Positions 1 through 11,109 of a DNA stretch of 41,332 nucleotides are shown here, one piece after another. The position numbers and the translations under genes are program-made. Position 1 is the first letter of the stretch; every line of letters begins with the position of its first letter. The notes beneath the pieces were generated by a model. The model was given only the letters and a program-made list of their open reading frames with translations, did no database searches and was not told the origin of the DNA. The stretch is from Psammoneis japonica (lineage: Eukaryota). The stretch is from the NCBI GenBank assembly GCA_008632985.1, contig QPGO01000359.1, positions 1-41,332 on the forward strand, in the 5' to 3' direction.

Positions 1-696
1 ACCTACAATAAGCGTTCGTGTCAGAGGAGGATAAACGAGAGAAAAATGATGGGAGTGTTGGTTGCGGCATTGAGAGACAATGTACAATCGGGGAATGGCT
101 AGGCTGACTATACCGGGCTTACCACATCGCTGCTACCAAAGTCACGGTTGCGACCAATATCGCTGCTGAAGCCACCAGCGTCGCTGCTAGCGCTGCTGAT
201 ACTGCTAGCGCTGCTGATACTGCTAGCGCTGCTGATGCTGCTAGCGCTGCTAGCGCTGCTGCTGTCACTGCTGAGCTTGCGCTGTAATAATATAGTACAC
301 CAGCAAGCAGCACAACAGTCGTGAGTATGGGAGGAGACACAAACGAATGACAAATGGAGGCTTAACGCAACACCAGTTCTTGTTCAAAAGGAACTTACAC
401 GCAAATACATCGCAGACGAGGAATCGACCTCCCTTGGTACCAATGACGTTTCGTCTGTTACACGAGGGAGGCAAGAAAACGAGAAATGTCACAAAGGCAT
501 TCAAGACACAAATAAAGGAAACAAGGCATCACATGAAAAACACTCGAGAACCGCACCGCATCTTTGTCGTCGTGCCGACGGCCACGGCATCATAGATCAA
601 ACGACGGTTTCGCTTACCTCCTGTCGCTTCATGTGCTCCGCAAAGAGCGCAAGCAAGAAGGAAGACTCCGACGTAGCAAATGAACTTCATCATCAT
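1..696 (-). CDS. Secreted Ser-rich protein with RXL-type processing site (silaffin/silacidin-like architecture); spliced, continues beyond window start
   Basis: Exons 696-618, 454-399, 281-123 and <=2. Donors are GTAAGC, GTAAGT and GTAAGC, acceptors are YAG, and all phases are consistent. Spliced product: MMMKFICYVGVFLLACALCGAHEATGDETSLVPREVDSSSAMYLRRKLSSDSSSASSASSISSASSISSASSISSASSDAGG..., i.e. a hydrophobic signal peptide, then RKL, then Ser repeats. Confidence 0.7.
183..263. repeat. 18-bp/9-bp tandem repeat (ctgctagcgctgctgata) encoding SSASSI repeats
   Basis: Directly visible tandem units inside exon 3 of the secreted protein. Confidence 0.9.
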
Positions 697-1209
697 AAGA
701 AATCTGGCTGAACTGGTTGTATCTGCAAGAGACGTCCAAGACGAAAAGGCAAATGGATTTTTTATGTCCTCCTTTGTTTGGCTTCCGCCAACGTCGTCAA
801 AGATTCTGACTTCAATTGGCATCTGCGCAGAACACGACACTGCAATTGCTGTTTAGGAAGAATTTTTGTCCGTTGAATGCAGATATAACATTGTGAATAA
901 ATCTTATCCGATGCTCTTGTAACGGCTCGTCCGCCTGGTTGCCTTCTGCCTGGGTGCATAGGCCCTACAGTACAGTACCATGCAGTAGGCATCGCCGGAC
1001 CCACGTCAGCATTCTTGTCTGTCGACCCGCCCGAATCAATGCTCGCTCACAGACACGGGTAAGAACGTGATTTGAATTCAAAAGGGTTACTGCCCTGTCG
1101 GTTAGTTGCGGTTAGCATTGCATGCCAATCTCATCTGCTGCAAATAATCTTGTTGTTTCGCTGTCATTCATCTGCCTCCTGTTGCTTCCTTCAGTTGGTT
1201 CAATCTAAC

Positions 1210-3330
1210 AACCATGTCCGGTGCCCAACCTGCTGTGGACGTTGCAGAGGACAGCTCACATGATGACAATGATGCAAATCATGCGAACCAAGGATCAGCT
1301 TTGGATGTGTGACAGAGAATCTGACAATGACGTCAGCATGCAAAAACCAGAGCAGAAGCTTGTTGGTGTGCACCATGCATTGGACATCATCCATGCGTCT
1401 TTTGTGGTCTTGACAAAGATTGGTCTGCTCCCATGATGTTTTCCGTCAGTGTCGTCCCTTCCAAAAATGTCCCACCATCCCATTTCATGGACACCAAAAT
1501 CAGCGATTGCCTTCTTGGCAAAGACGGGCCTGTCAGTGTTCTTCACAGACATGCACATGTCTGCTTGGACACAATGAAGCACCCCCCGCTGCCCACCACT
1601 GTAAAGCCTTTCTTGAAGCACAGCACAAGCTGCGCAGCTTTGTTTTGCAGGACTTCCGACAATGTTCGACATGTGGTGGCTTCAAGGCAATTTCCAATGG
1701 TGGTGGCCGCATTGTCTGTTCCAGCCCCAGCTTTCTCATGCACTGTTGTAAACCCAAAAGATGCAGTGCAACAGTTCCCTCAACATCAAGTTGGAAAACA
1801 TCCCTTCGTGATGTGATCGCCGGCGGAACAACCGCAAACAAGGCCACAAGAACATCATCCTTGACGCCGACAGCAGCAGGCAACCAAGGCACTGAATGTT
1901 GAGGATGCGTGTGGTTGGAACATTTGCATCCAAGCAAATGCTTTTGGGCATTTCTTCAAGTGTGGCACTGGCCATGGTTTCCATTGCAACTGCCACAAAC
2001 GACTTTTAGAAGAACTCACACAGAAAATTCGTCACCTCAATTCATCCACCCTGGTGTCTGTGAAACACATGAGAAAGGGTCACTTGGGGGCAGGCCATGT
2101 GCGCCACTGCATTCTTGCCAATGAGGAATGCTTCCTGTTGAGGTTGCAGGTTTGTTGCATCATGCAACAGTGAGATGAGGAACAGTTCACCCCATCCTTG
2201 CCACTGTCAGAAAATGCAGATCTCGACAATGGTGGCATCCTGGAGCTGCAGAGGTTTTTTCAGAGTCATCAAGACACAGAACACTCTTCAATTGCAAGTG
2301 GAGCTAATGCCAAGCAGACACCCACCCAAGAAAGAAACCTGCATGTTCAGTCATCATTGCTTTTCAACAAAGGTCACGTTGACCAAGAATGGGAGATCTC
2401 CAGAACCTCGAAGAACTTTGTTCCGAGGCACTTGACCAGTGCAGGCAAGAGAGGGAAGCTACGCAGCTTGGTCTCAATGACAACTTGTTCATTGGTGCTG
2501 CATGGACACTCAAGGGCAAGGGTCAGGACTCTGCTCAATGATGTGACAGAGACTTGTGAATCATTCACTCACACACACAAGCCCCTGACAAAAACTCCAT
2601 CATCCGATGCCAGTGCGGACAACTTTTGAATGCCAGATCAGTTGAAACATGAATGTTTGAATCTTTTTTAGTGACATGAGCCCCCTTTTTGCACCTGCCT
2701 CAGCTTGCCTGCTCAACCCAAATGCCATGTCAGTTCAAAACAAGCCAGAACATTGAGTTGAACAACTCAAAATTAATCTCTTGTCCTGGCTGAATTTTGA
2801 TCTTCTTCCAAGGGGAGGCAGAATGATGTTCTGATGATCAACAACAAGCAACTGGTGCAGCACAGAGGCCAGCCAACCGTGCTCTTGCCCACCTTCCAAA
2901 AATCCACTGAACCAAACAATGTGACAAAGCTGGCTGCATTATTTCCCCAGGTCACACATCAGACAGCTCTGATGAACAAACCCGACAAAAACATGCATTC
3001 AAGAAGTTTTCCAAATTTTTGATTGTGTGATGACTGCCCTCTGTTGCTGAAGAACTTCTCCTCTCTGAAATCTTTTGGAGTGACATGAGCCCCTTTTTGC
3101 ACCTGCCTCAGCTCAGCTCAGCTCAACCCAAATGCAGTGTCAGTTCAAACACAAGCCAGAACATTGAGTTGAACAACTCAAAATAAATCTTCTAAGGGGA
3201 GGCAGGATGACGTTCTGATGATCAACAACAAGCAACTGGCGCTGCACAGAGGCTGCCACCCACACAAGCATGGGATGGCAACATGAAAGGCATGTCCTTT
3301 GCGGAGGGAAAATCACAGTGCCTCAATGAA
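1210..3330. other. TpA- and CpG-depleted decayed domain A (unclassified repeat/pseudogene DNA)
   Basis: About 9 TA dinucleotides seen by eye in ~2.1 kb. The ORF fragments are Cys/His-rich and lack Tyr. The flanks have normal TA content. Confidence 0.8.
2670..3253 (+). repeat. Direct repeat, ~175-200 bp (2670-2870 vs 3079-3253)
   Basis: Shared gtgacatgagccc...gcacctgcctcagct...aagccagaacattgagttgaacaactcaaaa...ggggaggca...tgatgatcaacaacaagcaactgg. Confidence 0.85.
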
Positions 3331-3485
3331 AATGGTTTACACGGGGATTGTGATGGATATGATGCTGATAGAAATATTCTCATGCAGCTACATCATTCCT
3401 TTAGCTCTACTCATCTCGCAACAATTGAATTCAATGTAGTTCTATGCAAATTCTAAACCACTGCTTCCATTCACGGCGCCTCCTT

Positions 3486-4901
3486 CTATTCTACACCTTC
3501 CTGCTCTTGTTGCTCCCACGGAAAGTTATCCTTCAACCCTTGCCAGCAAGACATATAATTGACATCACGATACTCACAGTCCAACACTCGAGGATTAAGC
3601 TTGAGCAAATGAGACGTTTCAAACATAAAAGCCAATCCACCTGCAAATTTCGTTGGCTTGGAACAATCCTCGGCAATGGCCTTTTCATACGTGGTGGAGT
3701 CGGGTCCGTGCGGAGTCATGGTCAAGTGAAGCGACGCCCCGCCAGCTACAAATCCCTCCTTGGCATCGTATTTGCCGTGAATCAAACCCATAAATTCACT
3801 CATGGTGTTGCGATGAAACCACGGTGGACGAAAGGTATCATCGTCGGTCGCCATGATGCGGTGCGGAAAAATGACAAAGTCCGCCAGAGCCGTGCCCGTT
3901 TCATTGCCGACGCACGTCAGGACGGTGTAAATGCTGGGATCTAAATGATCGTACGTGACGGAGTTGACGGCACAAAACTTTTCCAAGTCATACTTAAAGG
4001 GCAAATAATTGCCATGCCACGCCACCACATTGTAGGGAGAATGGTTTGCATGACGGACAAACAACTGCCCTCCGTACTTGTTGAGAACGGTGCACGGTTG
4101 GTGATAGTCTTGCTTGTTTTGAACAAACGAGGCCTGAGGATATAGAAAATCACGAGCATTGGCCAATCCATTGGAACCAATCGGACCCAGCTCGGGCAAT
4201 TGAAAGTGGCCCTTGTATACTTCCAACACATATCCGCGAGCAAACAATGTTTCGTCATCTTGTTGCTTTGCAACGTTGAACACAATACCCCGTGGAATGA
4301 CACATACTTCTTTTGGGCTCACTTTTAAAATTCCCATTTCGGTTGTAATCTTGAGAGAACCCTGCTGGGGTACAATGAGAAAGTCACCGTCGGAATTGTA
4401 AAAGTGCGTATCGACCATGTCGTTGTTAAAACAATACATGGAAATGGCCAATCCGTCCTTGGTCATGGCGTCCCCACTTGACGCCATGGTTACCATACCC
4501 GACACAAAGTCCTTGTTGGGTTCTGCCGGCATGGGACTCCAACGAAGGGGTGATGGATTGAGTACAAACTCGTCCGGGCTGACACCACCAAAGAACTTTG
4601 GATAATCCGAGGATACGACGGCATCAGCCTCTTTGAAATCATCCACACACACCACACTGGGTTGAATACGATAGAGCCATGTTCGGCGATTGACAGCACG
4701 GGGACATGTAAAGGCTGTGCCACTCAACTGTTCCGTGTAGAGATTGTACGGGACGTGACGAGGATTGTTGCGGCCTTGCGGCAAGGCACCGTCAATAGCT
4801 TCCGATTCGAAGGAATTGCCAAAGCCAGCGTGATACTCGACAATAGTCTTTGTACGAGTTTCCTGTTGCGTCGTATCGGGTGTTGACGAGATGGGTGTCA
4901 T
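3486..4901 (-). CDS. HGD: Homogentisate 1,2-dioxygenase
   Basis: Motifs GFGNSFESEA..GALPQGRNNP, LYTEQLSGTAFT, WLYRIQPSV, LPELGPIGSNGLAN, VAWHGNY, DHLDPSIYTVLT, FRPPWFHRN, MTPHGPD, LAFMFET. First ATG at 4901; no introns. Confidence 0.96.
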   Translation of the reverse strand: MTPISSTPDTTQQETRTKTIVEYHAGFGNSFESEAIDGALPQGRNNPRHVPYNLYTEQLSGTAFTCPRAVNRRTWLYRIQPSVVCVDDFKEADAVVSSDYPKFFGGVSPDEFVLNPSPLRWSPMPAEPNKDFVSGMVTMASSGDAMTKDGLAISMYCFNNDMVDTHFYNSDGDFLIVPQQGSLKITTEMGILKVSPKEVCVIPRGIVFNVAKQQDDETLFARGYVLEVYKGHFQLPELGPIGSNGLANARDFLYPQASFVQNKQDYHQPCTVLNKYGGQLFVRHANHSPYNVVAWHGNYLPFKYDLEKFCAVNSVTYDHLDPSIYTVLTCVGNETGTALADFVIFPHRIMATDDDTFRPPWFHRNTMSEFMGLIHGKYDAKEGFVAGGASLHLTMTPHGPDSTTYEKAIAEDCSKPTKFAGGLAFMFETSHLLKLNPRVLDCEYRDVNYMSCWQGLKDNFPWEQQEQEGVE

Positions 4902-5192
4902 GGTTGGCAAGAAGCAATCGTATGATGGGATGACAGTATGATGGGATGACAGTGAGAATGTTCTGTTTCCACCGTCTTGACGGGATTCACCTGACAGCTC
5001 TCTCGGAGGGAGATTCCGAATTTCAAAAATTGCGCAAAATCGCGCGAAAATGGCGGGAAAAGTCGACACGTCATCAAACCGCGACCACGCACCGGACCGA
5101 CGCCACTTTTTTTTCAAGGCGACACTTTCGTTTTTTTGTTGCAGAAAAGAGGTAACAGCTTTCGCAGTTGTGTGAAACGAAAAGTCGACAAC

Positions 5193-6161
5193 ATGGCTGC
5201 ATCAACGGCAAAGCAAGATGGCTCTTTGATGCACAGTATTCGTTGCTTTATCGGCATGTGCATAGCCACGACATTTTGTGTTGTGTATTATTTTGCACCC
5301 GCCTACATAGTCACGGCATTGGTGTCGTTGTTGTGGTATCGATCCTATCTCTACGCCATGCCCCTGATTATCTCCATTATTTTGCCCCCAATTGCATGTC
5401 CCAATTTATTAAAATACCTGTCTCCCATGGCGGATTATTTTGATTTCCAAGAAGAATTCCACGACTTTACCGACGATCAATTCCGAAAGAATCTCGCTCA
5501 GGGCAAAAAGTACATTTTTGCCTTTCAACCACACGGTGTCCTTTCGCTCTGCGGTATGACGGCCATTACGCAGTGCCCTCCGGATGTTTGTAGAGTGAAA
5601 ACGGCAGTAGCACGTGTCTTGCTTCAAGTACCCATTCTCAAGCACGTCATGGGAATTTACGGTCTGATTGATGCGTCTAAACCCAGCTTGATTCGGCACT
5701 TTACTAAGAATACAGGAGTTGATGCTTGTTTGGTCTTGTACGTGGGTGGAATTGCCGAATTGTTTAAATCGAGTCGAAAGGAAGAACGGCTCTTTCTCAA
5801 GAGCCGCAAAGGCTTCATCAAGCTGGCATTGTCCCTACAAGATGTCGACATTGTGCCGTGCTACTTGTTTGGCAACACGTCCGCTCTGACCGTCATGAAG
5901 CACGGGCTGCTCGCGTCGGCGAGTCGAAAGTTGCAAATGTCCTTGACGTACTTCTGGGGACGGTACTATCTTCCCATTCCACGAAACGACAAGATGCTCT
6001 ATGCTCGGGGAAAGCCGCTGGGACTGCCGTACATTGAGAACCCAACCGACAAGGACATTAATGAATGGCACGACAAGTATTGCAAAGAAGTATCACGCAT
6101 TTTTGACCAGCACAAGGAGAAACTACCCATGTACAAGCACAAGCAATTGTATATTGATTAA
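5193..6161 (+). CDS. DGAT2: Diacylglycerol acyltransferase type 2 (DGAT2/MOGAT family)
   Basis: N-terminal TM segments, DYF, FQPHGV (HPHG variant), YVGGIAE, RKGFIKLAL, VPCYLFG, GKPL. ATG at 5193. Confidence 0.9.
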   Translation: MAASTAKQDGSLMHSIRCFIGMCIATTFCVVYYFAPAYIVTALVSLLWYRSYLYAMPLIISIILPPIACPNLLKYLSPMADYFDFQEEFHDFTDDQFRKNLAQGKKYIFAFQPHGVLSLCGMTAITQCPPDVCRVKTAVARVLLQVPILKHVMGIYGLIDASKPSLIRHFTKNTGVDACLVLYVGGIAELFKSSRKEERLFLKSRKGFIKLALSLQDVDIVPCYLFGNTSALTVMKHGLLASASRKLQMSLTYFWGRYYLPIPRNDKMLYARGKPLGLPYIENPTDKDINEWHDKYCKEVSRIFDQHKEKLPMYKHKQLYID

Positions 6162-6189
6162 AAAGCATTGCAGTTTACTAACATACTGT

Positions 6190-6555
6190 TTAGTAATCAC
6201 CGCCATCATCTCCACCAAACATATCCATTCCACCTCCAATATCGGCTTCCTCCTCTTCTTCCACTTTTTCTTCTTCCGCTGCAGCTTCTGCGGCACCTCC
6301 TCCGCCACCGCCACCGCCGCCGCCGCCTCCGCCGCCACCACCGGGCGCGGCACAGTACTTGTCAATACCACCACCGGCCGCGACAACGCCGGCAAAGAGG
6401 GATGCCCACGCGTCACTCACGGTATTGCCCGAAGCGGTAGCCACGGCTTGGATCTTGTCGCTCGAAACATCATCGCCGCAAAGCAAACAAGCCAGTGATG
6501 CCACCAATTCTTGCTTTTGACTGTCGCTCAGGTCCGTCAAACTTGTAACTGGCAT
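6190..6555 (-). CDS. RPLP1: 60S acidic ribosomal stalk protein P1
   Basis: ELVASLACLL, WASLFA, Gly/Ala hinge, acidic EEEEE tail and MDMFG C-terminus. Confidence 0.88.
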   Translation of the reverse strand: MPVTSLTDLSDSQKQELVASLACLLCGDDVSSDKIQAVATASGNTVSDAWASLFAGVVAAGGGIDKYCAAPGGGGGGGGGGGGGGGGAAEAAAEEEKVEEEEEADIGGGMDMFGGDDGGDY

Positions 6556-7194
6556 TGCTATTGATATTTACTGAAAACAGCGGGAAAACACAAAATGTGA
6601 GTATCCGAATTCCATTGATGCATAGAAAATTGGTAGCAGAAAAGGAATCTTGGAATTGAATATCAACAAAGTACCGCATCACCATGGCCTTGAAGCACAA
6701 CTGCAGATTTTCTTTGTTCATCAACACCATTTTGCTTGCATTGTCAAATTAATTTTTCTCTTTCATACGACCCAACCAAACTCCATGCTCACTCACATTT
6801 TTCGATTGTTCCCCTCACAAAATCACAAGAGCGCTCGTCGTGCTTTTGTCTTTGTGCGGATGTATGCGGCCCAAAAAGTACGGCGGTAACCAGTAAAACG
6901 ACACATGATGGACAGACGGTGTGATGGGAGAAAAAATAAATTGGATCAACAGTTAGTTTCATCCTTGAGACGACTCTAGAGTATCCATAGCTAGCTCCCT
7001 GTTTTCCTAGCTACCGTAGGGGAATAGAGAAAGCTATTATCTATTCTGGATTTCTAATAGAACACAATATAAACGCCAGCTTCTAGCTAGGTATACGGCC
7101 TTTCTGAGCTACAGAGTATGATACACATACAGACTATCAACCCACATCATACGATCGTCAGAGTAAAAGGAAAAACACTAAGCAACACTCAAGC

Positions 7195-7843
7195 CTACGC
7201 AAACTTCTTGACGGTCGGTAGAATGGCAGTTTCCAAATCGAGTTCAGAATGATCCGTGGCATTGATATGAATACCGACTCCCATCAAGGCCGATTTCAAA
7301 GCCTCTTTGGAACCACTGTAAAGCATTTTGGGACGAACCGGCGCCGTGTCTGGATTCCACGTGATGAAAACTAGTTTCGACGTTGGCCTTCCGTCATCGG
7401 TCTCAAATTCCAAATCAATAATGCCATATCGACAATCATTTTCCGGGAGTTCGGCACAAAAATCGTCATAGGTCTTGGAACGGTCGCCCTGCTTTTCAAT
7501 CACAATCGTCTTCTTGTCCTTGATGTGATAAATAAAGTAGCGGAGCTTGTATTCACCACGCTGGAGTTTGAATTCATTAAAAGCATGAACGAGTTGATCG
7601 TCCACCGTGACTCCTGTCGACTGTAATCATGGGGAAGCGAGAAAGGTGAGTTTTTGTGCGTATCATGCCGTACAGCGTGGCTTCGGTATCAACAGCGCGT
7701 AGAAACTACGTGACATCCAACAGCAGACAGACACGCTTGCTCTCGACAACATAACAGACCATGGTGAAGTGACTGACAATTTCAATCTCGACAACAATCA
7801 CTCAACAGTCCATAACATCACTCGACACTGTCGTTCGTACCAT
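7195..7843 (-). CDS. Actin-depolymerising factor / cofilin
   Basis: Exon 1 is the ATG only (7843-7841, then GTACGA), intron 7840-7621, exon 2 7620-7195: STGVTVDD...CRYGIID...KLVFITWNPDTAPVRPKMLYSGSK...INATD. An intron right after the ATG is typical of ADF genes. An alternative ATG|GT exists at ~7762. Confidence 0.93.
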
Positions 7844-8279
7844 GGTTATTTACTTGATTGGTTATGCAGCGACAACAACAACAACGTGTGACTGAACCGG
7901 CGGCGTTGTGAAACGAGCTTGCAAGCGCGCGGGTTCCGATGAGAAATGATTCGTGCGTGTAAAGCCACGTTGATTTTGTACTGGATCTTGGATTCATGAA
8001 CGTTATTGGACCGTTAATTCATGGCATTGCTTCGCGCACTTCAATCGCGCATTGGCATGCGCGTTCGCGCATGCAAAGATCTGACGTTTTTTGCCGCCGA
8101 CATCCGACATGCACATCACCATGACGAAGCCCATGATATGAAGAAGCTCTTGCAACAGAAAACAACAATGGCAGAGCAGCGCTTGTTGATCAATGAATAA
8201 AAAGAGAGCAGCCATGGAGCAAGCGCACATCATGTCTTGATCGACGGGCCCCAGTGCGAATTCAACCAAAAACTGCAGC

Positions 8280-9326
8280 ATGGGGGAACACAACGAAACC
8301 ACCTTGTTGCGTGCACTTCAATCTCACCAGTCACTCCAGGAGATCCAGACCTTGATTCAGAACCACACGGATCCTTCCAAAGTTGTGAAAAACAAAACGA
8401 ACGAAGGGCCTTTTCCATGTGCATGCTTTGAGGCTCCATGGATGTGGGGAGCTGTCTGCCACTTCATGCTGCATTGATCTACAATCCATCACTGCCCATG
8501 TTTCAGCATTTGCTGAGCATTTGTCCATGAGACATTTGAGCCAAGGACCAGATTGGGTGGAGTCTGTTGCGCACAGCTTGCAGCAGCACCTGCGAGCCGA
8601 TGGAATCCGCGCTCACAGAGAGCACTCTTGAAGTTCACCCTGAAAGTGCAAGAGAGTCAGACAAATGCAGAACCCTTCTGCTTCACATGTGTGCCCCGTG
8701 GTTGGATGAACATGTTGCAAAGCTTTTGATGGATTCATTTCCTGCAGGCACCAGTCATCAAGAGATGCGCTGGGAGACTTGCCTTTGCATTGGGCCATGA
8801 GGAGCCGCCGTGGCTGTTTGTTCATGCCTGTGGCATCAGTCAAGTTGCTTGCAGAAAAGCATCCCCAAGCAGTCTCTGTGAAAAACACACAAAACAAGAC
8901 CCCTCTCAACCTTGCTCAAGATGGAAATGAGATGTTGTGAGCGACACTCTCGCAAGCTGTCTTCAAGATCTTTAGAGACAACAATGTGCTGCAAATGTGA
9001 AATGGACCTGCTTTGCGTCAGAAATGCCAATCATCCCATTTGTTGGGTTCATGGCCACTGCACTGTTCTGGCTTGTGCTGAAGAAATGGAGCTCTGAAAG
9101 AGTGCCGTCCAATGAGATGGATCATCAGCAAGGTGTCACACTGAGTGCCAATGCCAACAAGCGTTGTCCCTGTCATCAACACAGTCTTGGCCACACGGAC
9201 CACCGCCAGACACGACTCTTCAGCTTTTACCAATGGCAGCTTCTGGTTCTTCTCACTTGCCAAGATCTTGTTGGAGCTCTGCATTCCTGCCAAGATGTCT
9301 TCCTCTTTTGCACACTTTTCAGGTGA
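8280..9326 (+). pseudogene. Ankyrin-repeat protein pseudogene
   Basis: Frames give GSCLPLHAALIYNPS..LLSICP*DI*AKDQIGWSLL, ESDKCRTLLLH, DALGDLPLHWAM and KLLAEKHPQAVSVKNTQNKTPLNLA (ankyrin TPLH-type motifs). Contains TGA stops (probably from CGA) and frameshifts. Confidence 0.75.
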
Positions 9327-10063
9327 TTTAACGTGTGGCCAATGTGTGCAAGAGACAAGAAAAAGATGACAAAGCGCGATTGCAAGCGGCTTGAGAGAAT
9401 GGATTGAAAAAGGAGCAATGGTGGTGGGTGGCTTGTGTTGTTTAACAAGAGATTGTGCTTTGTGTTGAAACACCTGCATCCCTTGTTAAAGGCATGGGCC
9501 GTGCACTCATTTTGTGTGTGAGAGACGATGTGGGAAAAACAGGAGGCACCAGCCAAATCCAATGGAAAGTTGTTGACCATCATGCTTCTGTGATTGTGTT
9601 GTTTGGGCTGGCTTTGGTGTGCAGCCGTGCTTTCACCACAGCAGAATGTGCGCTGGCAGTGTCCATTGAAATTTTGCAGTCTCCTGCTCTGGAAAAAAGG
9701 GTTGCACCTTTTGCGCCTTGGGGTGGGCAACAGCATTTCCACTGCTGTTGCAGAAAAGGCCTTGTCACACTTGTGCTGCAAAGAAAATGAGTTGAGTGTG
9801 AGGAGAGAACGGCTCGTGCAGAAGAACAGAGCATCTGCTGCCAGAGGCTGTCAACAGGTGCATGCAAAGAATGGGCTTTGGTGGAAAGGAAAAGACACAC
9901 GGTGTGTTTTGTTGGCTTGTTGTGGGCAATTTGCAAATCACAAGCACCAAGTGGCATCAATGGATGCCACATCGCATGCAACGTGCTCTGTTGCGTGTGC
10001 ATCCCAAACTCCTTGAATTCAGCAACAAGTGGTTTGTGCTGCCACATTGTTTCGGAACAACGT

Positions 10064-11000
10064 TCATTTCTTGAAAACATCTGGTTTGGCCTTGACCACA
10101 TGAAAAAGAAGGTTGGCATTGTGGCCAACCTGTGCCAGCACCTTGATCCAAATGCCATTGGGAACCAAATCACAGTGCAACAACCGCAGTGTGTCTCGCA
10201 ACATCTTCTGGTCCCTTTCAATCTCATGGAACAGCTCCTCACCAATGCCATGAAACAAATGGTGAGAAACAACCTTTGCACTTTATTTCGCGTCATCTGC
10301 TGTGGGGCTGCCTCCCCCTTGTCTCCGCAAGAGGTGCGCGACACACTGACAAATCTGATTTTGTCATTTTGTGCAATCATTTGTCCAAGGGCTCTTGCAC
10401 CGCCATCTCCAATGTTGTTGCCATTGAGAAAAAGGCCATCAATGCATGAGTTTTCATGCAAGCTCCTGGCCAGCACTTTGGCTTGTCCCTTTTGCCCAGT
10501 GCAACAATTTGACAACCGCAAAGTTTGCGATTTTTCAGCAACATTTTTCCAGTGCATTCTGCACCTTGACAGCCAAATGCATTTCCAACAAGGAAGACAC
10601 TCTTGATTGCAGCTCAAACAATTTGCACAAAGACTTGACACCCTCTGGGCCAATGCAGCGCCATTGAGCATGAGTGTCTCCAGCCAAAAAAGAAAAGGGA
10701 TGACTTTTGACAAATGCTTGACACCATCATCCCCCATCCCATTGCAACTCAAATCAAGGACATGCAGCTTTGAGAGCAACAAAAGGGCTCGAGACAAATC
10801 GATCATGCCCTCTGAACCAAAGTTGCAATCAATCAACAAAAGATGTGTCAATTTGCAAAAGGATGGAAAAACTTGGCACAACAGCTGGACACCTTTGGCG
10901 CTGATTTCTTTGTTCCAGATGTGGACGCAGCTGACCCCTGCCGGGTTTGTTTTGGCCAACACTGCTTGCAAGCTCTCCAGCTTCCTTGCTGCAATTGTGG
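10064..11000 (-). pseudogene. RNI-like (NLRC3-type) leucine-rich-repeat protein pseudogene
   Basis: LTHLLLIDCNFGSEG, LHVLDLSCNGMGDDGVKHLS, LFLNGNNIGDGGARALGQM. A frameshifted C-terminus VPNGIWIKVLAQV..NLLFHVVKAKP resembles diatom LRR family ends. Confidence 0.8.
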
Positions 11001-11109
11001 GCAATGTGGCAAATGCAACAAGCGCACAGATCTCAAATCTGCTGTTCTGAGTGCCACACTGAGTGTTGCCATTTTTTGGATTTGCACAACAAAAATCCCA
11101 GTGGCGGTC

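Noticed and set aside
4902..5192. Extended N-termini of HGD (5117) and DGAT2 (5136) from the ORF track
   Set aside because: These use non-ATG starts and give non-conserved sequence; the first ATGs are at 4901 and 5193.
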